A DNA stretch of 64,000 nt from the human T2T-CHM13v2.0 reference genome, Homo sapiens (GCF_009914755.1 NC_060939.1), one strand, 5' to 3'; numbered from the stretch's first letter, positions 22,806-37,290 are shown. Translations and numbers: made by a program. Notes: a model not told the origin generated them from the sequence alone.

Positions 22806-23362
22806 TGAACTCCTGACCTCGTGATCCACCCACCTCGGCCTCCCAAAGTGCTGGGATTACAGGCGTGAGCCACCGCGCCCAGCCTTGGTTGACTTATTCT
22901 TTTAAGGAGCAATGTGGGTTAATGTTTCAAAGTGAAAAAATTTAAAAACTTAGGGGAAAGTGGGGGGAGAGAGAGACAAAGACAGAGACAGAAAGAGAGA
23001 CAGAGTGAGAGATGGAGAGAGATCAGATAGGTACATAAGCTTAGTGACTCAGCCTGTAGTCCCAGTTACTTAGGAGGCTAAGGCAGGAGGATTGCTTGAG
23101 CCCAGAAACTCAAGTTTTCAGTGAGCAGTGATCTGCAACACTGCACTCCAGCCCATGTGATAGAACCAGATCGTCTCTAGAAGAAAAAAAAAGAAGAAAA
23201 AAATACATATACATACATACATTGGTGTTTGTTTCTACATATGCTTCATAGTATATGTGTACATGGATTATAGGTAGATCATATAATGGTAACAGTATTA
23301 AATTAGGTGTCAGCATTTGTTGAGGAAGTAGTACGCTCGTGTTTGAAATTTTAATTAAGAAT

Positions 23363-23833
23363 TGTGTACGGAGTTGGTTCCTTCCGGTGGGTTTGTGGGT
23401 TTGTGGTCTCACTGACTTCAAGAATGAAGCCACAAACCTTCTGAACCTTCGTGGTGACTGTTACAACTCTTAAAGGTGGCACAGACCCAAGGAGTGAGCC
23501 GCAGCAAGATTTATTGTGAAGATCGAAAGAACAAAATTTCCACAGCATAGAAGCAGACTGAGCAGGTTGCCACTGGTGGCTGGGGTGGAGTGGCCAGCTT
23601 TTATTCCTTATTTGTCCCCACCCATATCCTGCTGATTGGTCCATTTTACAGAGTGCTGACTGGTCCATTTTACAGGGTGCTGATTGGTCCATTTTACAAA
23701 CCTCTAGCTACAGAGCATCGATTGGTGCATTTTTACAGAGCACTGATTGGTGCATTTTACAAACCTGTTGTAAGACAGAAAAGTTCTCCAAGGCCCCACC
23801 TGACCTACGAAGTCCAGGTGGCTTCATCTCTCA
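23363..23833 (-). mobile_element. LTR12 (LTR12F-like) solo LTR
   Basis: Same LTR12 signatures, tandem CCAAT units at 23630-23760; TSD GAAT. Confidence 0.9.
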
Positions 23834-24916
23834 GAATCAGCTTTTAAAGGCCATAAATTTCCAGGTAAGTAGGAATAGAAGAAATGAACATTTCCTTTGA
23901 GATCTATGATGTCATATTTTTTTCTCCATCAACGATTTAGTTCCTTCTGGATCAAATACTTTTTAAATGGATGTATGTTTTATAGTAGATGTTATGTTGT
24001 CTTAATTATTTTAAAACTCCTATTCCTGGACTCTCCTGAAGAGGAGAATTTAGTAATTTCGAAGTATTTTTTGAGGCTAGGGAAGAAAAACCAAGATTAC
24101 TGCATAAGGTTTCAGGGGATGTTCCATGCCTGCCACCTGGTGAAAATGAGGGAGCTTTCCTCCTACCTGCCACCATTACACCTGCCTGCAGGTAATAACG
24201 CCATCATTTCAACGCGGCCTGGGGTATTCTGGGAAGGTGACGTGTGGGGGCGCAGTGACCGCTAGCAGGGGCCAAACCCGCCCTGGTCTGCGCTGCAGTG
24301 CGCAGTGAGGATGTTGGTGCTGCTCTTCAGGGTTTTCTTTCCGCAGCCACGGGAAGCCCGTGTTCCATATTTGTTTTTCATGTTCTCTCGTTTTTATGTT
24401 GTGGATTTAGTTTTTTAAAAACCATAAATGTTCCTCTACAGTCTTAACAATGTACCCTGTAAAATAAGATTTTAAAAGAGCCAACTTCCCTATTAATCTT
24501 ATACTTTTTTCTTTTCGTTCTGGCTTTAACAAATGTGACCTAAAGAGAGCTCTTGATTTTATGTAGAACAATACAAGAATAGTTTTACATTAATCTTATG
24601 GTTAGAAAAATCATTTATGGGCAAATTTGTTCCCATGCCTTACTTTTAAAATATTGTGTTGTCTTTAATTTTCAAAATACTTTAAATATTTTTCAGTAAG
24701 TTTGAGGGTAGAATTTATTTTAATGAGACTCCTCTTATAAAAAGTACGTATCTGTATGTGCATATGTGTATACTGAATTTGCTTTGCTTTTGATTCTATC
24801 ATTCTGTCACTTTTCTATCAAAATATCTCTAATGGACAGAGGCCAGAGACAAGGACTTTTACAGCAAATTTGCCACAGTACCACACATTTTATCTTAAAA
24901 GATGGTATGGATTTTG

Positions 24917-25779
24917 CATAACATATATATGCAAACATATATATATATAACATAATATATATGTGTATATATATAACATAATATATATGTGTATATATAT
25001 AACATAATATATATGTGTGTATATATAACATTATATATATGTGTATATATATAACATAATATATATGTGTATATATATAACATAATATATATGTGTATAT
25101 ATATAACATAATATATATGTGTGTATATATAACATAATATATATATGTGTATATATAACATAATATATATGTGTGTATATATAACATAATATATATGTAT
25201 ATATATAACATAATATATATGTGTATATATATAACATAATATATATGTGTGCATATATATAACATAATATATATGTGTGCATATATATAACATAATATAT
25301 ATGTGTGCATATATATAACATAATATATATGTGTGCATATATATAACATAATATATATGTGTGCACATATATATAACAATATATATATGTGCACATATAT
25401 ATAACAATATATATATGTGCACATATATATAATATATATATGTGCACATATATATAATATATACATGTGCACATATATATAACAATATATATATGTGCAT
25501 ATATATATAACATAATATATATATGTGCACATATATATAACATAATATATATGTGCACATATATAACATAATATATATGTGCACATATATATATAACATA
25601 ATATATATATATGCGCATATATATATAACATAATATATATATGCGCATATATATATAACATAATATATATGCGCATATATATATAACATAATATATATAT
25701 GCGCATATATATATAACATAATATATATATGCGCATATATATATAACATAATATATATATGTGCATATATATATAACAT
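24917..25779. repeat. AT-rich tandem repeat, unit about 24-30 bp (ATATAACATAATATATATGTGTATAT and variants), roughly 30 copies
   Basis: Read directly; it explains the three low-complexity Y/I/C/H ORFs. Confidence 0.97.
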
Positions 25780-25807
25780 AGCCGTTTGGTTTATTTTATG
25801 TGTGTGC

Positions 25808-26531
<724 letters not shown>

Positions 26532-26688
26532 GTGTACAGAACGCTATGTTTTTATAAAATGTTCCTCTGCCCCATTTGTATCTCCCCTTTCATGGAACAC
26601 AAAGCACGTTTTGCATAACTTCTAGATACATGTACTTCTATTTTGAATGACCTGATATATCTTTTTTCTTTACAATTCTCAACCTCAG

Positions 26689-26802
26689 CATATGTAAGTG
26701 GAACTCAGAAGGCAACATTCCCTGAACATACTCTTCCACCAGAATCTCCTCTACAGATTTTTGCTGCCCCTTTTACCAGTGGCTGAATCTACTTTCTCTT
26801 AT
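26689..26802 (+). ncRNA. Candidate non-coding upstream (U) exon of SNRPN/SNHG14, 114 bp
   Basis: Pyrimidine tract and acceptor cttttttctttacaattctcaacctcAG ending 26688; donor AT|GTAAGT at 26803; lies about 35 kb upstream of exon 1, where U exons are known. Confidence 0.7.
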
Positions 26803-27058
26803 GTAAGTAGAAATTTTATATATCTCCAGCCTCTTCCTCCTTACCTTCCACTTGCATGCACATCCTGTCTAGTCTGTGACCTCCTCTGTTATAAATGCTT
26901 GTAAACCTTTTTTTCTGAATCAGAAACGTGTTGTGTTGCTCAAGCCGTGTTCATTTTAATTACGATTTAACTGCATAATTTAATTATTTCCCCATTTTTT
27001 GGATACAGTGTTTGCTTTTCTCCGGTTACTTTGTTCTAGTATATCCCTCTGGCAAGAG

Positions 27059-27225
27059 CAGTCATTTCCCCACTTGAGTGTGCATTAGTATCACCTGGGG
27101 GCTTGTTAAACACAGCGTGCAAGCTCCATCCCAGGGTTTCTAATTCTCAGGGTTTGGTTTGCGGCAGAAGAATCTGCATTTCGAACAAGTGCCAGGACTG
27201 GTCTGAGGAACACACGTTGAGAGAG
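27059..27225. mobile_element. MER5A hAT DNA-transposon fragment
   Basis: cttgagtgtgcattagtatcacctgggggcttgttaaacacag...gaatctgcatttcgaacaag matches MER5A. Confidence 0.8.
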
Positions 27226-27583
27226 GTGGGATTCGGGTTCACTAACCTGGGTTAGAGAAAATTACAGTAATGTGCCAAATCTGAGGAGGGAGCAGAGCTG
27301 AAGCCCAGTTTCAATATGTGAATGAGTGCTTTATACACTCAAACCCCCTCAAGGGCTGGGGAGTAAGGGAGAACGTGGGCGGGCAGCGGGCGTGTATAGA
27401 GGCATAAACTCAATCCCAGACCTATGGATTCAGAATCACATGTTAACAATTCTTCCAGTGTTTTGTATGTTTATTATAGTTTGAGAATGACTGGACCAAA
27501 TTGCCTCCAAAATCTTAAGTCCCAGCAGTGAAGCGAAGCTCAGACATCATTTGCATAGCTATTGCTTTGTGTCTGTGTTTTAG

Positions 27584-27715
27584 GTCAGCTGCTGTTAAAG
27601 GTTTGTTTCGGAGAGTTACCCAGGTGTAGTACCCTTCCAAGTAGATAATGATTGAAAGAGTATGTGCTGGAGGTGTATGATATTTTCCATCCACTTCAGC
27701 CCATTTTTCTGATGG
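27584..27715 (+). ncRNA. Candidate upstream exon (u5-like) in the AS-IC; 3' boundary uncertain
   Basis: Acceptor ctttgtgtctgtgttttAG ending 27583; plausible donor GG|GTCAGT at 27716. Confidence 0.45.
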
Positions 27716-27818
27716 GTCAGTGACAGTCCATGATTTGTCTGGTGTAATACAAATTCTGGAAGTGGCATATATCCAAGGACAGCCATAATATTCCACTTGG
27801 CCAAGGCTCTTCTGACAG

Positions 27819-27933
27819 GCTCATGTTCATGCAGGATCAGATCTGACCCAGAATCAACAGAACTGAAGCTGCAAATTCAGCTTTGTGAAGGCTTCAGATG
27901 TAGCCATGGTTAAAGAAGATTGACATTAAGCAG
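27819..27933 (+). ncRNA. Candidate upstream exon (u6-like); may instead be contiguous with the previous exon
   Basis: Weak acceptor ctcttctgacAG ending 27818; strong donor CAG|GTGAGC at 27934. Confidence 0.35.
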
Positions 27934-28667
27934 GTGAGCAGAGTTTGCTTGAGGTTCACCCAGGGAATTCGTGAGGATGCAGGTGCGTTTTTTTATGGCC
28001 TGAAAAGCCCAGTTTTTGAGGAGTTACAGTCCCTCTCAGAAACTGTTCCTGCAGAGTAGCCCTGGAAACATGTTTGTCTGCATTCAAGAAAGATCTTCCT
28101 TCTGTTCATATAAAGGAAGCCAAACTTATTTCCCAGGTAAGGGAGTGGAAGCAACTGTGATACGGAATCCTAAGGCATGGGGGTTAGTTGTAATCCAGGC
28201 AATATGTAGGGTCAGGTTCTCCAAGTCCTCCTGTGGTTAAAGGGCTCCACCCTAGGAAAGTGAGCCACCCAGGGCTTGGTAAATGACCTTATGATCAGCC
28301 CTTGGCCTGTTAACATGTCGTAACTGAGGCACAGGACTGGGTTCTTGGTTTGAATTTGCTAGTCAGATGGCCATTGCAGAAAGGGAAGAGAGCACAGTCC
28401 TTCAGGCCAACTCACTTGGCCTATTGAAACTGGCTTTTCTGAGCACAGTCTAGTATTGTTGCGAATTAAATACAGCAGAGGATGTAAGTTACCAGTATTA
28501 GTCACTATCAATTGAGTACTTATTCTGTATCAGCCACTGTTCCTCTTTTCCATTTCCACCTGTTATATGTTAGCGACGATAAAAATGCCATACAGACCGG
28601 GCACGGTGGCTCACGCCTGTAATCCCAGCACTTTGGGAGGCCAAGGCAAGTGGACCACCTGAGGTCA

Positions 28668-28977
<310 letters not shown>

Positions 28978-29563
28978 TCAGGCATTCACAATCCAGATCC
29001 TCTACACATTTCACTGACATGAAACCCAGAAATTTCAGGTCTACTACCTTGAACCCAGAACTATTTTTCTCAAACTTGTTTTCTTGTGAGCTATATATAG
29101 GGAAAAATTGCATACAATACAGTACTGCTTTACAAATATATCATCTAATACCCAAGTCAAGAAAGACATGATCCTGAGCTCCCTCAAAACTCGTGGGTAT
29201 CCCTTCTGAATCTTGACCTTTTATTCTGACTGAGATGAATCCTCCATGCTGCTCTTTGTAATTTTATTCCTCGTGATTACATACTTAAGCTACAGGAATA
29301 CATCTTACGTAGTTTTGTTTATTCTTAACTGTATGTATTTTTTTGTCTTTTCCACTTGATATTGCATTTTCTGTATTTATCCATGTTGTGTGTAATTCCA
29401 GCTTCTTAATTTTTATTGATGGTGTTCTCTCATTATATATAATATATACAGCATGTAGCATGTATCTTTCTCACTGTGTATGTATACAGAGTGTATGCAT
29501 ATCACTATAGGTATACAGACATATCATTATCCTAGTATTTCCATATCTATGCCACAGTAGGCA

Positions 29564-29601
<38 letters not shown>

Positions 29602-30559
29602 GTAAGACAGAGTCTTGCTCTATTGCTCAAGCTGGATGGAGTGCAGTGGCGCAATCTCAGCTCACTGCAACCTCCGCCTTCTGCGTTGAAGCGATTCTCC
29701 TGCCTCAGACCCCCATGTAACTGGGACTACAGGCACCTGCCACCACACCCAGCTAATTTTTGTATTTTTAGCAGAGATGGGGTTTTACCATGTTGTCCAG
29801 GCTGGTCTCGAACTCCTGACCTCGGGTGATCTGCCTGCCTCAGCCTCCCAAAGTGCTGGGATTACAGGTGTGAGACACCATGCGCGGCTGCAGATCCCTT
29901 CTATACCTGATGATTGTTTGGGTTGTGTCTAGTCTGCAGTTATCACCAACACTGCAATCGTAATCACTGAAGTATGTGTATCCTGATTTATATAGGTACA
30001 CATCTCTCAAGGATCTGTAACTGGTAGTGGAATTCATGGATCTTCAATTCAAATGTTGCTCATGGCAGTGTTAATTATAACAACCACTTTGGTAAACTAC
30101 CTGCTATTACCTACAAAACCATGTGTACCTTACACACGCACCATCCATTCTACTGTGTGGAGTAGGCCACAGAAAAGTACATGCACAGTTGATGAAAAGA
30201 CATGTATTTAAATGTTTATAGCAGCATTATTTGTAATAGCCAAAACTGGAAATAAAGCAGAGTGGGTAAGTAAATGGTGGTATAGGAATTCAATGGAATT
30301 CAACTATAAATAAAAAATAATGAACTGTATCTACATGTAAAAACCTTGATGAATTTTATAAACACAAAGTTGAGCAAAATAATCTAGGCAAAAACATACT
30401 TGTCTGAGCCCATCTCTGTAACATTCAGAAGTCAGTATGACAAGTCAGGATGGTGGTTACCTGTGACAGGAGAGAGGCTGTTTTGGGAAGGGCTCACTTG
30501 GGTCTTCTCAGTTGCTGGAGTTCACTGTGATAAATTTAGGATTTGTTTCTTTTTAGTGC

Positions 30560-30565
<6 letters not shown>

Positions 30566-30600
<35 letters not shown>
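30566..30600. repeat. (TG)n microsatellite
   Basis: Read directly. Confidence 0.95.
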
Positions 30601-30605
<5 letters not shown>

Positions 30606-32303
30606 CATTTTTTTTTTTTTTTTTTTTTTTTTTGAGATGGAGTCTCACTCTGTCACCCAGGCTGGATGCCTGGCTTTTTGTAGTTTAGTAGAAATGAGGT
30701 TTCAGCATGTAGCTCTGGCTGATCTCAAGCTCCTGAACTCAGGAGTCTTTCCTCCTGTACAGGAGGGAAGACCTTTCCTCTACTTTCTGAGAATTCAATA
30801 ATTGAGTCCTTGAAAGAAATTGACAGTAGTCAGATTAATGGGAGAAAAGGTATACAAATTAGATATGGACACAGGGACATCACATGAAAGAAAAGCGAAT
30901 ATCCCAGAACCCAGTGAGATTCAGAAGCTTATGTACCCTCTTCTTAGGACAGAGGGTATAGGTGATTAGGTAACTTAGGGGAGAGTAAACAGTTTGGGGG
31001 AAAGATAAATGGACTGTCAGAAGAACAGGTAACAGCCGGTGACAAAGTCTGCGTGTGTTATCAAGGTCTACTCTCCTCTCCTGTGATAGGAGCCAATCTT
31101 CCCTGGTTAGTGAGTTTCCTGGGGAGGGGATTCATGACAATTAAGTTCCTTTTAGATAATCTGTCTTTAGATAAGGAAGCTCAGAGAAAACCTCTGCCTG
31201 TATGAGCTGCTCCCCACATACCCTCAGTTGAAAGTAATCAGCACACCAAAGCATCATATTTTGGGGTGGAGATCCTCCCGCCTCAGTCTCTCAAGTAGCT
31301 AGGACCAGAGGCATGCACCATCATGCCCGGCTACTTTTTTTTTTTTTATTTCTTGCAGAGACAGAGTCTCACCATGTTGCCTAGGCTGGTCTCCAATTCC
31401 TGACCTCAAGTGATCCTCCTATCTCTGTCTCCCAAACAGCTGGGATTACAGGCATGAGTTACCATGCCCAGGCTAGGGGTGGCATTTCCTGAACTCCTTC
31501 AGCCCTCTTGGGAAATGTGCAGGCAGGAAGAAAGAAAAGAATACCCTTGTCCACAGCCAGGTCTTGTTGAGCTTATGCTTGGCAGAATAGAACCTTACAC
31601 CCAGCCACGTGAAAACTGGGATGATAAATGTCTGCATGTCTGACAGAAGGTTTGGCCTCTGATTCAGCTGTGGTGATTTTTCCATCTACTTAACTCCAAA
31701 TTCTATTAGCTAGTATAAACTCTCTATTGGACTATGAACACAGTAAGTACACAATCATATGATTATTTTATCTATTGACTTAAATAGAATTGTGTATGAA
31801 GGCTGTACTGAAGTTATTCAGGGTTGAGTCAGGAAAAGCTAAATTTCAACCTCTTTTAAGAAAAATATTGATGCCTCCAAATCCATAGTATATATGTTGC
31901 TTACTAGCTTATAAAGGGCCCCTGGAAGAAAGGACATTTCCGGTGTTTTATGTCAATCATAGGAAAATAAGCTATAAGCTTTTTTTTAATTCTTTGATTC
32001 TCAAAAGTAGGATTGTGGCCAGGCATGGTGGCTCACACTTGTACAGCACTTTGGGAGGCTGAGATGGGAAGATCGCTCAAGGCCAGGAGTTCGAGACCAG
32101 CCTGGGTAACAAAGCAAGACCCCATCTCTACAAAAAGAAAAATGTATGATTGCGTCCCCCTACCACTCCCCAACACTTCCCTGGCTCCACACCCCAGTTC
32201 CTCTGCTCTCATTTCTGCTGTGTCTTACTCCATGAAGCTTTCAAAACTGCTTTTATAGAGTCCTCCTTTTCTTTTTTATAAATTTATTATTGTTGTTGTT
32301 TAA

Positions 32304-32582
<279 letters not shown>

Positions 32583-33831
32583 TAATTTTTTGAATTTTTA
32601 GTAGAAATGGAGTTTCACTGTGTTAGGCAGGATGGTCTCGATCTCCTGACCTTGTGATCCGCCCGCCTCGGCCTCCCAAAGTGCTGAGATTACAGGCCTG
32701 AGCCACCGTGCCCGGCCCACTAATTTTTAAATCTTTTTGTAGAGATGGGATCTAACTATGTTAACCAATCTAGTTTCAAACTCCTGGCATCAAGCAGTCC
32801 TTCTGTCCAAAGTGCTGAGATTGCAGGCATGAGCCACTGTGCCAGGCCCCTCATTCTTTAAATAGCTACTTTAGATTCTATTGTAAGGATATTTTAATAA
32901 TTTTCCAACTTTTATTATATTGAGTAGGTGATTCCTTTTTAAATTATATATGTAAATTTTTATTTATATATTTGAATAATATGTTTACATAGTTAAAAAT
33001 CAAAATATACGAAAGGCATACAGTAAGAAGTCATCTCTTTCCACCCGTAATGACAATATATCCCCTTTTGCCTGGCACAGATGCACACATAAATTATTGT
33101 CCTGACATGATTATGAATAATCCTGCTTTCTCTCAGAAGTGTGCTAGTTTGAATGATAAATTATGCAGACATTCTGCTTGTATCCCTGCTTCTTCACCAT
33201 GCTGTTATATTCCTTCCAATTCAGAGGCAAATGTGATATCATTGCCTATGTGTCTTCCAGAGGAATTTTATTTATATTTTGTAAGTACATACATGGATTC
33301 TGGTTTTTTTTTTGCACTTTTTAACAAATAGATGTATCCATGCTATTTTATTTTAAATTTTTACTTTGAAACAACCTTAAACTTACAGAAGTTAAAAGAA
33401 TATTAGTAGCAGGTGTGCTGGCTCACGGGTATAATCCCAGCACCGTGGGAGGCTGAGATGGGTGGATTGCTTGAGGCCAGGAGTTTGAGACCAGCCTGGG
33501 TAGCATAATGAGACCTCCTCTCTACAGAAAAAAAAAATGTAAAAGTTAGTTGGGTGTGGTGTTGCATGCCTATCGTCCCAGCCACTCAGGAGGCTGAGGC
33601 AGGAGGATCGCTTGGGTACAGGAGTTAGAGGCTGCACTAGACCATGATCACACCACTGCACTCCAGCCTGGGTGACAGAGTGAGACCCTGTTGCTTAAAA
33701 GAATATTTTAAAAAAAACCTACCCTTTATCCAGATTCACAAATACTAATATTTTTTCACATTATTTAATCAATTTTTCTCCTTCCCTCCCTCTTTCATTT
33801 CTCCCCCTTTTCTTTTTTTTTGGAGACATGA

Positions 33832-33975
<144 letters not shown>

Positions 33976-34654
33976 TAAAATTTTTTATAGAGACAGGATC
34001 TTGCCATGTTGCCTAGGCTGGTCTCAAACTCCTAGGCTCAAGTGATCCTCCCACCTTGACATCCCAAAGTGTTTTGATTACAGGCATGAGCCACCAAGCC
34101 TGGCCTCCTTTCCCTCTTTTTCTTCTCCCTCTGTTTCCCACTGCTTATAAAGTTTTTAATTTTTTTTTTTTTTTTTTTTTACTTTTGACCACTTTGAGAG
34201 AAGGTTGCAGACATCATGTCCCTAATGCATTTCCTGAGAACCGGGATATACGTTTGGATAATCATAGTAAAGATATTAATTCAGGAAATATAACATTTAT
34301 ACAATTATTTTATCTAATCTACAGGCCATAACCCAGTTTCTTCATTTGCCCCAATAATGTTTTTTATAGCTTTTTCATGTTAAATATCTTGTTTGGCACT
34401 AAGTATCTTATCAGTCTGCCATAATGTTTAATATCTTTCCTCTGAAATGGTTCCTCTGCCTGCCTTTGCCTTTCATGTGTTTGTGACTTTTGAAGCATGC
34501 ATGCTAGGTATGTTACGGAATGTCCTCAGCTTGAGTCCATCTGAAGTGTTCTTAAGACTGGATTCTACTGATGCTGTTTTGGTTGGCACAACACGGTGTT
34601 TACTATTGTGGTCGTCAAAATGATGTTTTATGGCTAAACCATTCTTTCAACATT

Positions 34655-35200
34655 TAATCATCAAGGAAATATAAATCAAAACCACAATGAGATATCATCT
34701 CATCCCAGTTAGAATTTGCTGTTATCACAAAGACATAAAAATAAATGCTGATGAGGATGCAGATGACAGGGAACTCTCCTATACTTTTGGTGGGAATGTG
34801 AATTAGTATAGTCATTATGGAAAACAGTATGCAGAGTCCTCAAAAAACTACAAATGGAACTACCCTGTGAACCAGCAATTCCACTACTGAGTATTTATCC
34901 AAAGTTAAATCAGTGTATTGAAGAGAGAGCTGCACTCTTGTGTTCATTGCAGCGTTATTCACGATAGCCAAGATATGGAATCCACCGAAGTGTTCATCAA
35001 CAGACAAATGGATTAAAAAAATGTGGTGCATATACACAATGGAATACTATTTAGCCATAAAAAAAGAATGAGATCTGGACATTCACAGCAGCATGGATGG
35101 AACTGGAGGACATTATGTTAAATGAAATAAGCCAGGCACAGAAATATAAATAGCTTAAAAAGTTGACCTCATAGAAGTAGAGAGTAGAATTGTGATTAAT
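34655..35200 (+). mobile_element. Old L1 (L1M) ORF2-end / 3' UTR fragment
   Basis: aaatcaaaaccacaatgagatatcatctc...ccagcaattccactactg...tacacaatggaatactatttagccataaaaa. Confidence 0.85.
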
Positions 35201-37290
35201 AATCACAATTATAAATAATGGTCAGTATCAAAAAAAATTGTCATTCTACAGTGCTGCAGAACATTAGAACTTGTTTTCTCTATCTAGCTGTAATTTTCCC
35301 TCTTTTATTTTTTTTGAAACAGGGTCTTGCCCTGTCACCCAGGCATGGCATAAGCACGGCTCACTGCAGCTCAAACAATCCTCCTGCCTCAGCTTCTGGA
35401 GTAGCTACAGGCACATGCCATCATGCCTAGCTATTTTTTTTTAATTTTCTATAAAGGTGGGGTCTTGCCATGTTGCCCAGGCTAGTCTCAAACTCCTGGC
35501 CTAAAACAATCTTCCTGCCGTGGTCTCCCAAAGTGCTAGGATTACAGGTGTGAGCCATCACTCCCAGCTCCAATTTTTAGATACTGACCCCATTTAGATA
35601 CATGACCTCAGAACACATTCCAAGCTCATGTTGTATCTCTCTTGTCCCCACTATTAAATCAGCTGTGTTTTTTCCAAGGAATCCTGATTTCTATTGTGGA
35701 GAAGCGTACTTAGAAACCAAGGTCTTGGTGCTACTGGTATGTTATTGCTTTTAGGCCCTTCCAGATATACGGGATATAAAGATATAGCTATATGTATGTG
35801 ACTATATGTATTGTGTATATATGTATGTAGCTATATGTGTGTATGTGTATATATATCTTCATGTATTTATAGTGATATTTTCCATCCCAATCTACACCGC
35901 AGGGTTTTTCCTTGCCTTCCTATTTGTAGAGCTTCCTTCCACATTAAGAACCCTCTCTCCCAGTGAGTGTCACCCCATTTCTGTTTCATCTCTTTCCCTA
36001 CTCTCCCCCTTGCCTCCTAGGGTCCCCTTTCCTCTCATCAGTTGCCAGACAAGAGGAGCATCATCATACACACATCATAGATTTAATATTAAACTTTTAA
36101 AATTTTCAGATAAATGTAAGCAGGCTTCTGCAGTGAAAGGGGCCAGGTCTAGGAAGATGGGGAATACTTGCAGGCACCTGGGAAGCTCAGGGAAGCTGCA
36201 GGTACCCTGTCAGTTGGGTGTCCCCTCATGAGGGTGGCAGACTGTCTCCTTGAGTTCTGGGTGGCAGAAATGGCCCAGGGCCCTGGGCTGAGACCCAGCC
36301 AACTCTCTATGGGGCTGCCACACGACTTCCTAAAAAGGCATAAACACATTTTCTTCCAAGTGGAGTCCAGCATATTTTATTTTCCTGTTGAATGGTAGAC
36401 AGCATGAGAGCAGGGTCCATGTGATGATTTTTCTGTCAGTATCAGTTTCTGCAAGAGCAAAAATTACATATTTTTATTTTTCAAATAAAATCAATTGAGA
36501 CAGTAACAAATTTGCTCAAAGAATCAACCTGAACACATGTACATCTATTATGTATCAATAAAAAAATGGCCAGGCACGGTGGCTCACACCTATAATCCCA
36601 GCACTTTGGGAGGCCAAGGCGGGTGGATCACGAGGTCAGGAGATCAAGACCCTCCTGGCTAACGCGGTGAAACCCTGTCTCCACCAAAAATACAAAAAAT
36701 TCTCTGGGCGTGGTGGCAGGCGCCTGTAGTGACAGGGCGAGCTTGCAGTGAGCCGAGATTGTGCCACTGCACTCCAGCCTGGGTGACAGAGCGAGACTCC
36801 ATCTCAAAAATAAATAAATAAAAATAATAAATTTTTTTCTAGATAAAAAATATAAAAATTACACCACAGTCCAAAAAAAAAAAAAAAAAAACTGTTCAAG
36901 ACTGATCTTTCATAGTGATTGGGTCTATGAGTAAATGTTAAATAGATGATTTATTAGGTTTCTTTTTATTTCAATGATGAGATGGAGAAATATATTATTT
37001 TACATGAGGGCAAAAAATATTTTATGCATAGATATTTTTTATTTTGCCTATGTCCTTAAATTCTCAGAATATAGATTATTGCCTTCAGAAATCTGTCTAG
37101 GTTCACCTATACCTTATTAGAACTCAGCTTTGCTGGCTGTGGTACACCTGTAATCCCAGCACTTTGGGAGACTGAGAAGGGAGGATCACCTGAGCTCAGG
37201 AATTTGAGACCGGCCTGGGAAACATAGGGAAACCCTGTCTCTACAAAAATACAAAAAAAAAAAAAAAAAAAGTCTGGGTGCAGTGGCTCA

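Larger units (their letters stand above)
26600..28100. promoter_or_regulatory. Zone expected to contain the Angelman imprinting centre (AS-SRO); exact limits not derivable
   Basis: Distance of 34-35 kb from SNRPN exon 1; mostly unique sequence; candidate exons; GC box 27377-27382; octamer ATTTGCAT 27549-27556. Confidence 0.65.

Noticed and set aside
24255-24275. Possible CTCF site (ctagcaggggcca)
   Set aside because: Mismatches at core positions; not supportable without a PWM scan or ChIP data.
24917-25779. CRISPR-like periodicity
   Set aside because: No unique spacers and no cas genes; this is a eukaryotic tandem repeat.
27515-27796. 93-aa minus-strand ORF in unique sequence
   Set aside because: Non-ATG start, no recognisable homology, and antisense to the candidate non-coding exons.
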